This document shows, one piece after another, positions 51,900 to 62,439 of a DNA stretch of 64,000 nt. Below the pieces are notes generated by a model, which ran no database searches, was not told the origin of the DNA, and saw nothing but the letters and a program-made list of their open reading frames with translations. Position numbers and translations under genes: made by a program. Each line of letters begins with the position of its first letter. Position 1 is the first letter of the stretch. The DNA lies in the NCBI GenBank assembly GCA_963745835.1, contig CAVUZH010000018.1, positions 128,001 through 192,000 on the forward strand, read 5' to 3'. Source of the stretch: an uncultured delta proteobacterium. GTDB taxonomy: Bacteria; Desulfobacterota; Binatia; UBA9968.

Positions 51900-53369
51900 A
51901 TGACAAGTAAGCATGTCTCGGTGGTTGTCGTCGGCGGTGGCAGCGCAGCTTTTGAGGCGGCAGTCGCCGCCAAGCAGGCCGGTGCGCCATCGGTGATCAT
52001 GTTGGAAAAGGCGCCGGAGCCGGAATTCGGCGGCAATGCTCGCTTCTCTCACACGGGCTTCCGCTTTGTCTATTCAGGCGCCGATGAGATCCGCCTGTTT
52101 TTACCCGACATCGATGAGGCAAGTTTTAGAAATCTACAATTGCCCGGGTACCGTCCCGAGCATTTCACCGCCGATCTAATGCGAGTGACCCGGGGAAGGA
52201 TCAACAAAGATTTAGCCGAAGTGCTGGTAAACGAGTCCAACGGAGCGATCCACTGGATGCGCGAGCTCGGAATTCAGTGGGAGCCGGCCGGCTCAGTCGA
52301 GATCGACGGCAAACGTTACTTCGAACCCGGTATCGTGATTCACCCCACCGGCGGAGTCGGTGGTGGCGTCAGTCAACTCAATCAATGGCGCGCTATCGCC
52401 AGCCGCATGGGAATCGAAATTTATTTTGACTCTCGGGTGCGTGAACTTCTGGGCAATGACCGGCATATCGAAGGGGTCCGCGTGTCGGATTCCAGTGAAG
52501 AATACGAGCTGCGCGCCGGCGCCGTAATTCTCTGCGCCGGCGGGTTTCAAGCCAATCCGGAAATGCGCGCGCGCTATCTGGGCGCCAACGCTGATCTGAT
52601 GAAGGTGCGCGGCAGCCGCCATGACACGGGCGAGGTGTTGCAGATGGCGCTCGGTTTAGGCTGCAAGGCTTCGGGCCACTGGCAGGGGGCGCATGCCACA
52701 CCGATCGACGCGACCTTTCCGGACGTGGAACTTAGCAACAAAGCCAATCGTTACGGCTATACGTTCGGTATCACCGTGAACTCGTTGGGACAGCGTTTCT
52801 TCGATGAAGGCGAGGCGCATCACTCCTATACCTATGCTAAAACCGGGTGGGCGATTTTGGGCGAGCCCGGCGGAGTCACTTATCAAATTTACGATCGCAA
52901 AGGCGTCGCGCTGTGCGACAAGAGCTACTATGAGTTTGCCGCTCCTGTTGAAGCACCAACCATCTCGGAGCTCGCTCCGAAAATCGGCATCGATGCCGCG
53001 ATCCTGAGACACACGGTGGACGAGTTCAATCGAGCAGTGCGCGATGAAATCCCGTTCGATGCCACCCGTGCCGACGGCCGCTGCACCGAAGGAATCACAC
53101 CGCGCAAATCCAATTGGGCCCTGCGCATCGACGAGCCGCCATTCCACGCTTATCCCGTAACCGGTGGCATCACCTTCACCTTTGGCGGCCTCGAAGTAAA
53201 TCGGCAGGCGCAGGTGCTGAACACAGGCGGGCGGCCGATACGTGGCCTGTTTGCGTCCGGGGATATTCTCGGATTATTTTTCCACAATTATCCATCCTGC
53301 ACAGGTCAGACGCGGAACGTGGTCTTTTCACGCCTGGCCGGCAGGCACGCGGCGGCGCAAGGTTTGTGA
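51900..53369 (+). CDS. FAD-dependent oxidoreductase, TcuA (tricarballylate dehydrogenase)-like, copy 1
   Basis: VVVGGGSAA, GGNARFS, CAGGFQANPEMRARYLG, GQRFFDEG, GITFTFGGL, GLFFHNYP. Confidence 0.82.
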   Translation: MTSKHVSVVVVGGGSAAFEAAVAAKQAGAPSVIMLEKAPEPEFGGNARFSHTGFRFVYSGADEIRLFLPDIDEASFRNLQLPGYRPEHFTADLMRVTRGRINKDLAEVLVNESNGAIHWMRELGIQWEPAGSVEIDGKRYFEPGIVIHPTGGVGGGVSQLNQWRAIASRMGIEIYFDSRVRELLGNDRHIEGVRVSDSSEEYELRAGAVILCAGGFQANPEMRARYLGANADLMKVRGSRHDTGEVLQMALGLGCKASGHWQGAHATPIDATFPDVELSNKANRYGYTFGITVNSLGQRFFDEGEAHHSYTYAKTGWAILGEPGGVTYQIYDRKGVALCDKSYYEFAAPVEAPTISELAPKIGIDAAILRHTVDEFNRAVRDEIPFDATRADGRCTEGITPRKSNWALRIDEPPFHAYPVTGGITFTFGGLEVNRQAQVLNTGGRPIRGLFASGDILGLFFHNYPSCTGQTRNVVFSRLAGRHAAAQGL

Positions 53370-53419
53370 TCGGGCAGGAAGCTACTGATTCGCCATAGTA
53401 CATAAGGAGGATTGGAACC

Positions 53420-53818
53420 ATGCCGAAACTGAAACATCTTGCTATTCGCACGGAAGACACTGGCAAGCTCGCAACTTTTTATATGGACGTTTTTGAAATG
53501 CAGGTGCTGCACAAGGACAAGAACGAAGGCGGCGCGATCTTTCTCACCGACGGTTACTTCAATTTGGCGATATTACCGAATCACGAGCAGCAGGCGCCGA
53601 ACGGTCTTTATCATTTTGGTTTCGAAGTTGAGAGCGGTGAAAAGATCGTCGACAGACTGAAGAAGGTAAATCCCAACAAACTGCCAAAGCCGCGGCCCAA
53701 TGGTCGGCCATACGCAGAAACTCGCGGTTCCGATCCGGACGGCAACTACTTCGACATTTCCGAGCACGGCTTTTCCAATGTCGTTCCCCTGGGGGAAAAT
53801 AAGGACAAAGCTAGTTAA
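53420..53818 (+). CDS. VOC/glyoxalase family protein, copy 2
   Basis: Nearly identical to 50422..50814. Confidence 0.88.
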   Translation: MPKLKHLAIRTEDTGKLATFYMDVFEMQVLHKDKNEGGAIFLTDGYFNLAILPNHEQQAPNGLYHFGFEVESGEKIVDRLKKVNPNKLPKPRPNGRPYAETRGSDPDGNYFDISEHGFSNVVPLGENKDKAS

Positions 53819-53904
53819 AGCGCCGTTTGGTTAGCGGATCGGATTCAAACCAGTAGTCGTCTTTTCCGCTATCACTTGGTTGGACTCATCTAACCTTGGA
53901 CTGA

Positions 53905-55371
53905 ATGAGAACTGAAACCGTACCGGTCGTTGTTGTCGGCGGCGGTAGCGCCGCTTTCGAAGCCGCGGTGGCGGCAAAACAGGCGGGCGCGCCTCGAGTC
54001 GTCATGTTGGAAAAAGCGCCCGAACCCGAGTTTGGCGGCAACGCGCGTTTTTCACATACCGGCTTTCGCTGGGTATTTTCCGGCGCCGATGAAGTGCGGC
54101 GATTCTTGCCGGAACTCGATGACCAGACGTTTCAGAAGCTGCACCTGCCTGCCTATTCCGCCGAGCAGTTCACCGCCGACTTGCAGCGGGTAACCCGCGG
54201 ACGAATCAATAAGGAGCTTGCCGACGTGATGGTGCAGCAGTCCAACGCCGCAATGCATTGGATGCGCGAGCTCGGAATCAAATGGGAGATCGACAGCCAT
54301 GTTATGATCGATGGCCGCTACTATTTTGAGCCGGGCTTGGTGATCCATCCGGTCGGTGGTGTTGGCGGCGGCTTGGGCCAACTGATGCAATGGCGCGAGA
54401 TTGCGACGCGGATGGAGATCGAGATTCGCTATGAGTCTCGGGTTAAACAGTTGCTTGGCAATGACAAGCGCATGGAAGGCGTCGCGGTGTCGAATGCCAA
54501 CGAAGAATACGACATTCGCACCGGTTCTCTGATACTTTGCGCAGGCGGATTTCAAGCCAACCCTGAAATGCGCGCGCGCTATCTCGGCGCCAACGCCGAT
54601 CTGATGAAAGTGCGCGGCAGCCGCCATGACACCGGCGAGGTGCTGATGATGGCGTTAGCCTTGGGGTGCAAGGCTTCGGGACACTGGCAAGGCGCCCACG
54701 CCACGCCCATCGACTCAACTTTTCCGGACGTGGAGATCGGCAGCAAGGCCAATCGCTACGGTTATCCTTACAGCATTACGGTGAATTCATTGGGACAGCG
54801 GTTTTTCGATGAAGGCGAGGCGCGCCACTCATACACCTATGCCAAGACGGGTTGGGCGGTGCTCGGCCAGCCAGGAGCGGTGGCGTATCAGATCTACGAT
54901 CAGAAAACCATTCCATTGCTCGGCACCAGATATGAGTTTTCCACACCCATCGTGGCAAACACGATTCACGAACTGGCGGGCAAGATCGGTGTTGAACGAG
55001 CCGTGCTCGATCACACGGTAAAAGAGTTCAATAACGCTGTGCGCAAGGATATTCCGTTTGATCCGACTAAGTTGGACGGCAAATGCACCGAAGGGATTAC
55101 ACCAAAGAAATCCAATTGGGCAAGTCCTCTCGATCAGCCCCCCTACTGGGCGTATTCAATCACCGGCGGTATTACCTTCACCTTTGGCGGCCTGCAGATC
55201 AACGAGAGCGCCCAGGTGCTCAATACTTCCGGCAACCCAATCCGCGGCCTCTACGCCTCGGGTGATATCGTCGGTCTGTTCTTTCACAACTATCCATCTT
55301 GCACCGGGCAGACACGTAATGTGGTTTTTTCCCGTTTGGCGGGACGCCATGCAGCAGCCCAGGGGCTGTGA
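53905..55371 (+). CDS. FAD-dependent oxidoreductase, TcuA-like, copy 2
   Basis: Same motifs as 51900..53369, with long identical stretches. Confidence 0.82.
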   Translation: MRTETVPVVVVGGGSAAFEAAVAAKQAGAPRVVMLEKAPEPEFGGNARFSHTGFRWVFSGADEVRRFLPELDDQTFQKLHLPAYSAEQFTADLQRVTRGRINKELADVMVQQSNAAMHWMRELGIKWEIDSHVMIDGRYYFEPGLVIHPVGGVGGGLGQLMQWREIATRMEIEIRYESRVKQLLGNDKRMEGVAVSNANEEYDIRTGSLILCAGGFQANPEMRARYLGANADLMKVRGSRHDTGEVLMMALALGCKASGHWQGAHATPIDSTFPDVEIGSKANRYGYPYSITVNSLGQRFFDEGEARHSYTYAKTGWAVLGQPGAVAYQIYDQKTIPLLGTRYEFSTPIVANTIHELAGKIGVERAVLDHTVKEFNNAVRKDIPFDPTKLDGKCTEGITPKKSNWASPLDQPPYWAYSITGGITFTFGGLQINESAQVLNTSGNPIRGLYASGDIVGLFFHNYPSCTGQTRNVVFSRLAGRHAAAQGL

Positions 55372-55534
55372 TGACCCAAAGTCTTCGTTGTCATGCGCCC
55401 TGTTCGCAGCACGATTCCAGCCATCATCATTGCCAACGTTCAGCTTGAAATTCGATTATCGCCTGACATATATCAAAGCCTTCTGATTGGCCAACGCAGT
55501 CAGAGACGGCTGCTTCCGAGAAAAAAGGATTACT

Positions 55535-56623
55535 ATGAAACGAGTCGTGGATTGTTTGAAGCTGGCTCTCGTGGCGTGTGTCGTGTTGGCGCTGAGTTCG
55601 GTTGATTTTCTATACGCTGCCGCTGCGCAATCTCCGGAACAGCTATTTGCAGAACTTGCCAAGTTGAAGCCGGATCAGCGCATCAAACGCCTCGAAGAAG
55701 GATCTCGCAAGGAGGGAAAGCTCAACTTCATTCATACGTTCAGAGGCAAACTCGCGCGCGAGCATGTCCGTTTGTTCGAGAAGCGCTATCCGTTTATCAA
55801 AGTCGAGATGGCCGATATGGGTTCTCAAGATGCAGCGGAGCGCTTCATCGCCGAGGAAACCGCAGGACGCCATCTCACCGACAGTATCAGTCTTGCCGTT
55901 CCCGACCTGCCGGTCATTCTAAAACAGAACCTACTCGCCGATTATCCAACCCCGGCCACGAGCAGAATCGGCAAGCAATTTCAAGGTTTTCTGGATAAAC
56001 AAAACCGGTGGGTGCCGTATTACTGGAGCGAGCACGGCATTTCGTACAACACGAATATCATACCGCCGGACAAAGCGCCAAAGAGCTGGCAGGATCTTTG
56101 TAATCCGGCGTACAAAGGTCAGGTCTCCTTCGATCCTCCCGAGACCCGCTTCATGGTCGGACTCTATGTCTTGATGGGAGAGGAGAAATTTCAGGAGTGG
56201 CTTAAGTGCATGGGGCAAAATCAACCGATCATTCAGCGTGGTCACACGCAACGGATGAATCTGATGCTTTCGGGCGACCATGCAGTCCAGGGCGACAACT
56301 TCCTTTACGTCGGCGCGGAGGAAAAGAAAAAGGATCCCAAGACCCCTTACGCGATCGTTTATTCCGCGCCGATTCTGGCCTACGCCGGCGTGATGATCAT
56401 CAACAAGAATACTCAGAGCCCGCATGCGGCGGCGCTGTTCAGCGATTGGACGCTTTCCGAAGAAAGCCAAAAATATATCGCCGCTGAGTTTCGCGGCCCG
56501 CTAATCGGCAAGCATCCCTATCTGCCGGACAATATCAATGTCGTCACTTTCGGCTATGTCAGCGACGACATCGTCGATCGCTTGCACGGCTATTGGAACC
56601 AGCACATCGGAAAGAAAAAATAA
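55535..56623 (+). CDS. ABC substrate-binding protein (Fe3+/thiamine-like class)
   Basis: Signal peptide, FEKRYPFIKV, YNTN, PKSWQDL, PHAAALFSDWTLSEESQ. Confidence 0.85.
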   Translation: MKRVVDCLKLALVACVVLALSSVDFLYAAAAQSPEQLFAELAKLKPDQRIKRLEEGSRKEGKLNFIHTFRGKLAREHVRLFEKRYPFIKVEMADMGSQDAAERFIAEETAGRHLTDSISLAVPDLPVILKQNLLADYPTPATSRIGKQFQGFLDKQNRWVPYYWSEHGISYNTNIIPPDKAPKSWQDLCNPAYKGQVSFDPPETRFMVGLYVLMGEEKFQEWLKCMGQNQPIIQRGHTQRMNLMLSGDHAVQGDNFLYVGAEEKKKDPKTPYAIVYSAPILAYAGVMIINKNTQSPHAAALFSDWTLSEESQKYIAAEFRGPLIGKHPYLPDNINVVTFGYVSDDIVDRLHGYWNQHIGKKK

Positions 56624-56664
56624 ACCTGCCATCGACTATCGGTTGATATGGGACCGGCTCGTCA

Positions 56665-58383
56665 GTGATGGTGCGGCGGCTTTCGTTAGACAGCGGCAAG
56701 CTGGCGTTGGCACTCATTGTTGGCATCCTGATTTATCAGGTCGTCATTCCGTTGCTGATGGTGGTTTGGACCAGTCTCAAGGTCGAACGTCCTGGGGAGA
56801 CGGGATTCTTTGAGCTGAGTTTCTCGCTGGCCAATTATGCTCGCGCGTTCGGTTCAGGAGATTTTTGGCAGGCGACCTGGAACACCCTCTACTTCGCTCT
56901 CGCTTCCACTGGTGCTTCATTCGCCTTCGGAACTTTTCTCGCTTGGGTAGTGCATCGGACCAATACTCCTTTGGCCCGGCTGATCGGTGTCATCACCCTC
57001 GGGCGAATTATTATTCCCGGCATCTTGATCACCGTATCCTGGATCCTCTTGGCGAGCCCAAGTATCGGCGTTCTGAATCACGCCTTAGCGGGAATCACCG
57101 GCACTAAAGGGATACTGAACGTATACTCTTTCTGGGGAATGGTTTGGGTCCATTCGCTGGAGATGACCCCGCTTGCCTATCTGCTTCTCTCCGCCGCACT
57201 CCAATCCATGGACCCGCGTCTCGAAGAGGCGTCAGGCGCGGCCGGCGCGGGTCATTGGTCGACGCTCAGAAGAATCTCTCTGCCATTGATGCTGCCGGCG
57301 GTGGGCGCAGCGGTCATGCTGCTGATGATCTATACCATCGAGACTTTCGAAGTGCCGCTGTTACTCGGCGGGCGCGCCCAGGTCAGAGTCTATACTACTG
57401 AAATTTATTTCAACACTTCCAGAACGCCGACGGATTGGGGGCTCTCCGGCGCTTATTCCATCGCGATCCTGTTTTTGTGCGCGGTTTTCCTGGCTATTTA
57501 CTTTCGTCTTGTGCGCCATGGCGAGCGCTACCAGACGGTGACCGGCAAAGACTTCCGGCCGCGTCGCATCGATTTGGGGCGCTGGCGCTATGTTACCTGC
57601 GCGCTGAGCCTGTTACTGGTTTTTCTGATCACCGGGCTGCCGTTTCTGGTGATGCTCTACGCCTCGCTGTTGCGGCGCTATCAGCCGCCTTCCCTCGCGG
57701 TGTTGCAGAATTTGAGTCTTAACAACTATCACGAGATCCTTCGCGATCCCGTCTATTCGTTGGACCCGATGTGGAACAGCACTCTGGTGGGACTGGCCTC
57801 GGCGACGGCGGTCATGCTTCTGGTTTCGATCATGAGTTATTTTGTCCACAAGACGCGCCTACGCGGCCGAAAGCTGATCGACTTTTTCGGTTTTGCACCG
57901 GTTGCCATTCCGAGCGTGGTACTGGGCACGGCTTTTTTGTGGTTTTACTTGCTGGTTCCATTGCCCGTCCTTGGCACGCTCACCATCATCTGTCTCGCCT
58001 ATGTCACCCGGTATATGGCGGTGGCGCTGCGCTTCGTGTCGACATCGATGCTGCAGATTCATAGCGAGCTGGAAGAGGCCGCGGCAGTAGCCGGAGGAAC
58101 CTGGTGGAGCAATTTTCGGCGGATTTATCTGCCGCTGCTTCGCCCGGGATTGATGGCCGGCTGGTTTTGGGTGATGGTGCACGCCTACCGCGAGCTCACG
58201 ATCGCGCTGATGCTGGCGCGATCGACCAACCGAACAGCGGCAGTCGTCATCTACGATCTCTGGGAAAACGGTTCGTTTCCACAGCTCAGCGCGTTCGGTG
58301 TGCTGATCTTTGGCTTATTGATCGTTCTCGTTTTGTTAGGACAGACCGTCGGCAAACGGTTCGGTGTCCAAGAGCAGGTGTAA
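56665..58383 (+). CDS. ABC permease, FbpB/ThiP type (two TM domains)
   Basis: Two EAA loops (DPRLEEASGAAGA and ELEEAAAVAGG); no ATPase gene adjacent. Confidence 0.9.
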   Translation: MMVRRLSLDSGKLALALIVGILIYQVVIPLLMVVWTSLKVERPGETGFFELSFSLANYARAFGSGDFWQATWNTLYFALASTGASFAFGTFLAWVVHRTNTPLARLIGVITLGRIIIPGILITVSWILLASPSIGVLNHALAGITGTKGILNVYSFWGMVWVHSLEMTPLAYLLLSAALQSMDPRLEEASGAAGAGHWSTLRRISLPLMLPAVGAAVMLLMIYTIETFEVPLLLGGRAQVRVYTTEIYFNTSRTPTDWGLSGAYSIAILFLCAVFLAIYFRLVRHGERYQTVTGKDFRPRRIDLGRWRYVTCALSLLLVFLITGLPFLVMLYASLLRRYQPPSLAVLQNLSLNNYHEILRDPVYSLDPMWNSTLVGLASATAVMLLVSIMSYFVHKTRLRGRKLIDFFGFAPVAIPSVVLGTAFLWFYLLVPLPVLGTLTIICLAYVTRYMAVALRFVSTSMLQIHSELEEAAAVAGGTWWSNFRRIYLPLLRPGLMAGWFWVMVHAYRELTIALMLARSTNRTAAVVIYDLWENGSFPQLSAFGVLIFGLLIVLVLLGQTVGKRFGVQEQV

Positions 58384-58492
58384 GGCGAATCCAGAGGCCG
58401 TGTTCGTATTACTCGGAATTCTCCATCACGTTTTCACGGACATGAGCACGAGGATCCGCTTGGCCGCTGAGTCGTTTTACCATCGGAAACTG

Positions 58493-59353
58493 CTAGAGAG
58501 CTTCGTTCTTCTCAAAATACTCTCTCGCCCATGCGGCGATATCGCCGCGCCGGGCAAACCAGACATCTTTATGCCTTTTGGCGTAAGCGATGATCTGTTC
58601 GAAAGTATCGATGACGGGAATGCGCGAGCTCAAATAAGCGTGAGAGATGACGTTCATCATCGTCGGATTGTCCGCGCCGATTTCGTAGCGGTAATCGAAT
58701 TCGTCTTTGAACTTATCAAAGAATTCGTGTCGCGTCCCTTCTTCCTCCATGCGGTGATCGTTGATGGTGTACTGGTGCGGGATCATCACCAGCGATTTAT
58801 CGCCGATCCGCCTGGGATAAGGCATCTCGTCATCGTGATAATCGCAATTGTATAGGAGACCCGCCTCGACATTGAGCTCGAGCGTGTTGTCGGTTGAACG
58901 AACGCCAGGAGATGACCAACCCGATGGTCGTTCCCCCGTCAACCTGGTAATCGCCTCCACGGTTTTGACAATGTTGTCTTGCTCCTGTTCGCGGGTCAGC
59001 ATGTAGAGGTACTCGCCCTGATCCCAGCCGTGGGCAATCATCTCATGGCCGCGCTGGTGCGCCTCCTTGACCAGCTCCGGGTAATACTCGCAAGTCAATC
59101 CGTTGATCGGCATGCTGACTTTGAGATCGTAGCGATCGCAGATATCGAGCAGCCGCCGCAAACCCACTTTGGCGCCGAACTCGCGAAACGTTTCCGTGGA
59201 GTAATCGCGCCTGCAGACCGCGTTGGCGGGGATCGAGCCCCGTTGCAATCCTCGACCTGTAGTCGGCTTACTTCGGTCCCAGGCTTCAAATGCGATGCCG
59301 AGCACAAAGGCGAGCCGGGCTTTGTTCGGCCACGTGAAGGGCTGCTGCGCCAT
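58493..59353 (-). CDS. Polysaccharide deacetylase family protein, PuuE-like
   Basis: FTWPNKARLA, EFGAKVGLRRLL, GHEMIAHGW, GERPSGWSSP, DVWFARRGDIA. Confidence 0.85.
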   Translation of the reverse strand: MAQQPFTWPNKARLAFVLGIAFEAWDRSKPTTGRGLQRGSIPANAVCRRDYSTETFREFGAKVGLRRLLDICDRYDLKVSMPINGLTCEYYPELVKEAHQRGHEMIAHGWDQGEYLYMLTREQEQDNIVKTVEAITRLTGERPSGWSSPGVRSTDNTLELNVEAGLLYNCDYHDDEMPYPRRIGDKSLVMIPHQYTINDHRMEEEGTRHEFFDKFKDEFDYRYEIGADNPTMMNVISHAYLSSRIPVIDTFEQIIAYAKRHKDVWFARRGDIAAWAREYFEKNEAL

Positions 59354-59620
59354 TTGAATATTCTCCGATCTTAGAGGCGGCAATTCGATACGACGGCCTT
59401 ATAGCCAAAGTTTTGAAACTCGGCAAGTAGGGAAGCACATGGAGCTGGAGCTTGTTCTTGGTTCGAGCGATCAGAAAGCTAAATCACTGAGATAGAGTAT
59501 GGTTTGCCGTAGCTGCAGTGAAGCACGATTCCGCTTGACCCATCGGATAGGCTGTTGTACTAGAGCGCCAAATATAAAACCTACGGCTGGCCCGCGGGCA
59601 AGAACATAGAGAGGAGATTC

Positions 59621-60679
59621 GTGATGCGACATCGCTCTCGACTAAATCGCGCCGTACTCGGGTTAATTGGCTGTATCGCCGTATTCATCTTTGCTCTCCC
59701 GATCGCCTTGGCCGGTAGCGCTCCGTCCGCAAGCGCTAAAGTCGAATCCCTCGACCAATTATACGAGAAGGCAAAAAAAGAAGGCCACGTGGTGGTCTAT
59801 ATGGCTACGTCGGCAAAAACAGAGGAGGTGGTATTTCCGGCTTTCGAAAAACGTTTTCCCGGCATTAAGGTCAATCATGTAAATGCTACCGCCGATCAAC
59901 TTGTGACGCGTGCCGTGGCCGAGGCTCGGGGAGGCAGGATCATCGCTGATGTCATCAGCGGCACACAAAACTACATTACCCAGCTACGGGAGCAAGATAT
60001 GCTGCTCGATATCGCCTTGCCCGAGGGCGCATCGTATCCTGCGGTCTTGAAAGGCAGCTATTGGGTGGCCACCGACACGGAGTTTTTTATCGCCGCCTGG
60101 AATTCGAGCCGCTTAAAGAAAGAAGACGAGCCGAAGACCTTTGAAGATTTCGCGGATCCGAAATGGGCTAAGCGACTCATCGCCGAACCGAGGGACTTTC
60201 AGCTATTGCTGGGTCTAGCGAAATACAAATACGGCAGCGACGAAAAGGCTGTCGCCTTATTCAAAAAGATTGCCGCCAATAAACCTGAATTCTTCAAAGG
60301 CCACTCGCAGCTTGCAGAGCTTTTAGCGGCGGGACAGGCAGACGTTTGCATGACCTGTTACGCGCATCATATCCCACCGATGGCGAAAAAAGGCGCTCCG
60401 TTGCAGATCATGTTGGATGAAGGCGTCGGCCGCATCGGCGGCACCGTGACCATTGTCAGGGGAGCGCCCCATCCCAATGCCGGGCTACTCTGGGCACGTT
60501 GGCTCATCAGCGAAGAGGGGCAAAGGGCATTCGCGCAGGCGGGCGAAACCCCGGCTCATCCGAAGGTAGAGCCTATGGAGAAAATTATCCCGGCCAAAAC
60601 TTATATGCTTACTGCCGACGACACCAAGGAGTTTCCCAAGTATCAAAAACTCTGGAACGAGATCTTCCAGCTACGCTGA
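59621..60679 (+). CDS. ABC substrate-binding protein (Fe3+/thiamine-like class)
   Basis: Signal peptide, AKKEGHVVVY, FEKRFPGIKV, APHPNAGLLWARWLISEEGQ. Confidence 0.85.
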   Translation: MMRHRSRLNRAVLGLIGCIAVFIFALPIALAGSAPSASAKVESLDQLYEKAKKEGHVVVYMATSAKTEEVVFPAFEKRFPGIKVNHVNATADQLVTRAVAEARGGRIIADVISGTQNYITQLREQDMLLDIALPEGASYPAVLKGSYWVATDTEFFIAAWNSSRLKKEDEPKTFEDFADPKWAKRLIAEPRDFQLLLGLAKYKYGSDEKAVALFKKIAANKPEFFKGHSQLAELLAAGQADVCMTCYAHHIPPMAKKGAPLQIMLDEGVGRIGGTVTIVRGAPHPNAGLLWARWLISEEGQRAFAQAGETPAHPKVEPMEKIIPAKTYMLTADDTKEFPKYQKLWNEIFQLR

Positions 60680-60799
60680 AAGCCGGCGCAAGGCAAAGCA
60701 AGCCTGCGAGTCAGCTTATCTCCTCGATCACAGACCAAAACATCTCTGTGCATCTTCCCCGCTTGACCGATCCCATGAGTTCGATTACAAGCCGGAGCT

Positions 60800-61282
60800 A
60801 TGGCTGACGATATACTGATAGAGTGCGGCGATGATTATGCGAATGCCGCCGTGCGTTCGGCTCTGGAGAACTACCTGCCGGCTGACGTGCTCAGCGCGTT
60901 TGATGGCCGGTTGGCTTTGGTCTCGACCGGGAATGTGGATGGGATTCGCTTGACGAAGAGCTTCTGCAGGGACCGTGATGTCATCGTGCTGTCGGAGCGC
61001 ATCCTACCGGTGAAATCCGGAGACGAGGAGTTTCACCCTGGCTATCGTTACTTCATCTTCGTGGTTCTTCGTGAGATCGCGCACGCTTGCAAGGACCACC
61101 TCTCGCCCTTATCGGATGATCTAGCGGCGGCGCAGGTGGAGAGTCAGACGCGCGAGGCTGACGAGCTCGCGTTGAAATGGTTCAACGAGCACGCCTCGAC
61201 GACTCTGTTCCAGCCGCCGATGTCGATTGCTGAGGTTGAGGAGCTCAGTGAGAAGGCCAGCGCGGGCCGCGACAAAAAATAA
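60800..61282 (+). CDS. Hypothetical protein with degenerate zincin-like motif
   Basis: GGAG RBS; VVLREIAHA followed by READELA. Confidence 0.6.
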   Translation: MADDILIECGDDYANAAVRSALENYLPADVLSAFDGRLALVSTGNVDGIRLTKSFCRDRDVIVLSERILPVKSGDEEFHPGYRYFIFVVLREIAHACKDHLSPLSDDLAAAQVESQTREADELALKWFNEHASTTLFQPPMSIAEVEELSEKASAGRDKK

Positions 61283-61508
61283 ACGATAAGCGTCACCTGA
61301 TATAGAGTTGATATCGAAGTCGTTGCATTCACGATCAGGGTTCCATCGTGCCGACACTCCGGAAATGCCGTTCAACAGTTCAACCGATCCAACATTCGCA
61401 AACTGAACCATCAAACTCCTTAAGGCCTCCCGTAGTGGTTCCAAACCGAGAGCCGAAGTATAATCGACAGGATGGTACCGGTCGAAAAGCCAAGAGGTCT
61501 CCTTAATT

Positions 61509-62300
61509 GTGCCGGCGCTCGTTTATAACGGCTCTCTTCGCTGTCTTAGGCGACAGTCCCGGAGGATTGCCAAGCCGGGGAAGGGCGCTATGCTCCGCTG
61601 GTGTATTGTCGCCATCGGAGCTTGGTTCGCGCTTAACTGGATCTATCAGGTGGTTCGCAAGCCGGGGGAGATCCTGGCGCCGGTCAGTGACTCATTAGCT
61701 AAGTCGCCGGAGTCGACGTGGCGGAGTTATGGATCGCTGTTCGAGAAGCATTCTACCAGGATCATCTCTCCTGAGTTTCTTGCCGCGCTGGCTCAAGTGG
61801 AAGGCAGCGGCAATCCGATCGCTAGCACCTATTGGCGCTGGCGCTGGTCTTGGAACCCTTTCGAAATTTATCGTCCGGCTTCCAGCGCGGTCGGCATGTT
61901 TCAAATCACCGATGGCACGTTCGCCGAAGCGCGAAAATACTGTATCCGGGATCATCAAGTCGTTACCGATGGACCGTGGCATGACGTCCGTTCCTGCTGG
62001 TTCAACAGCTTCTATAGCCGGACCGTGCCGAGCCATTCAATTCAACTAACCGCCGCATATCTCCACCGGACTGTGGCCAGCACGTTGGCCGCTCGGCCCA
62101 ATGTTAGAAGCACACCGGCGCAACAGCAAAGGTTGGCTGCCGTGATTCACCTGTGCGGATCGAAGCGGGGGGAGGTCTTCGCGCGGCGGGGCTTCAAATT
62201 AGCGCCCGGCGAGCGCTGTGGAAGTCACAATCTGGCCCGCTATCTCGCTCGATTGGATCACATGAAGCGACGCTTCGCTGAATTGAGAATGTCAGGCTAG
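61509..62300 (+). CDS. Lytic transglycosylase (SLT-like) protein
   Basis: TM anchor, LAALAQVEGSGNP (candidate catalytic Glu), SSAVGMFQIT; start uncertain. Confidence 0.7.
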   Translation: MPALVYNGSLRCLRRQSRRIAKPGKGAMLRWCIVAIGAWFALNWIYQVVRKPGEILAPVSDSLAKSPESTWRSYGSLFEKHSTRIISPEFLAALAQVEGSGNPIASTYWRWRWSWNPFEIYRPASSAVGMFQITDGTFAEARKYCIRDHQVVTDGPWHDVRSCWFNSFYSRTVPSHSIQLTAAYLHRTVASTLAARPNVRSTPAQQQRLAAVIHLCGSKRGEVFARRGFKLAPGERCGSHNLARYLARLDHMKRRFAELRMSG

Positions 62301-62400
62301 CCGATCAACCGATCAGAACGTAGTCTATGCCTGCTTATCTTGACAACCCCGCAACTTTCCAATAGAAATTTTTAAGTACCTCTAGCATTTTGTTCTACTG

Positions 62401-62439
62401 AATCCATACCTCTGGAGACGGTTAGGTATGGATTTTTTT
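62401..62439 (+). terminator. Intrinsic-terminator-like hairpin just upstream of nuoA
   Basis: AATCCATACCT-(12 nt)-AGGTATGGATT followed by TTTTT. Confidence 0.55.
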
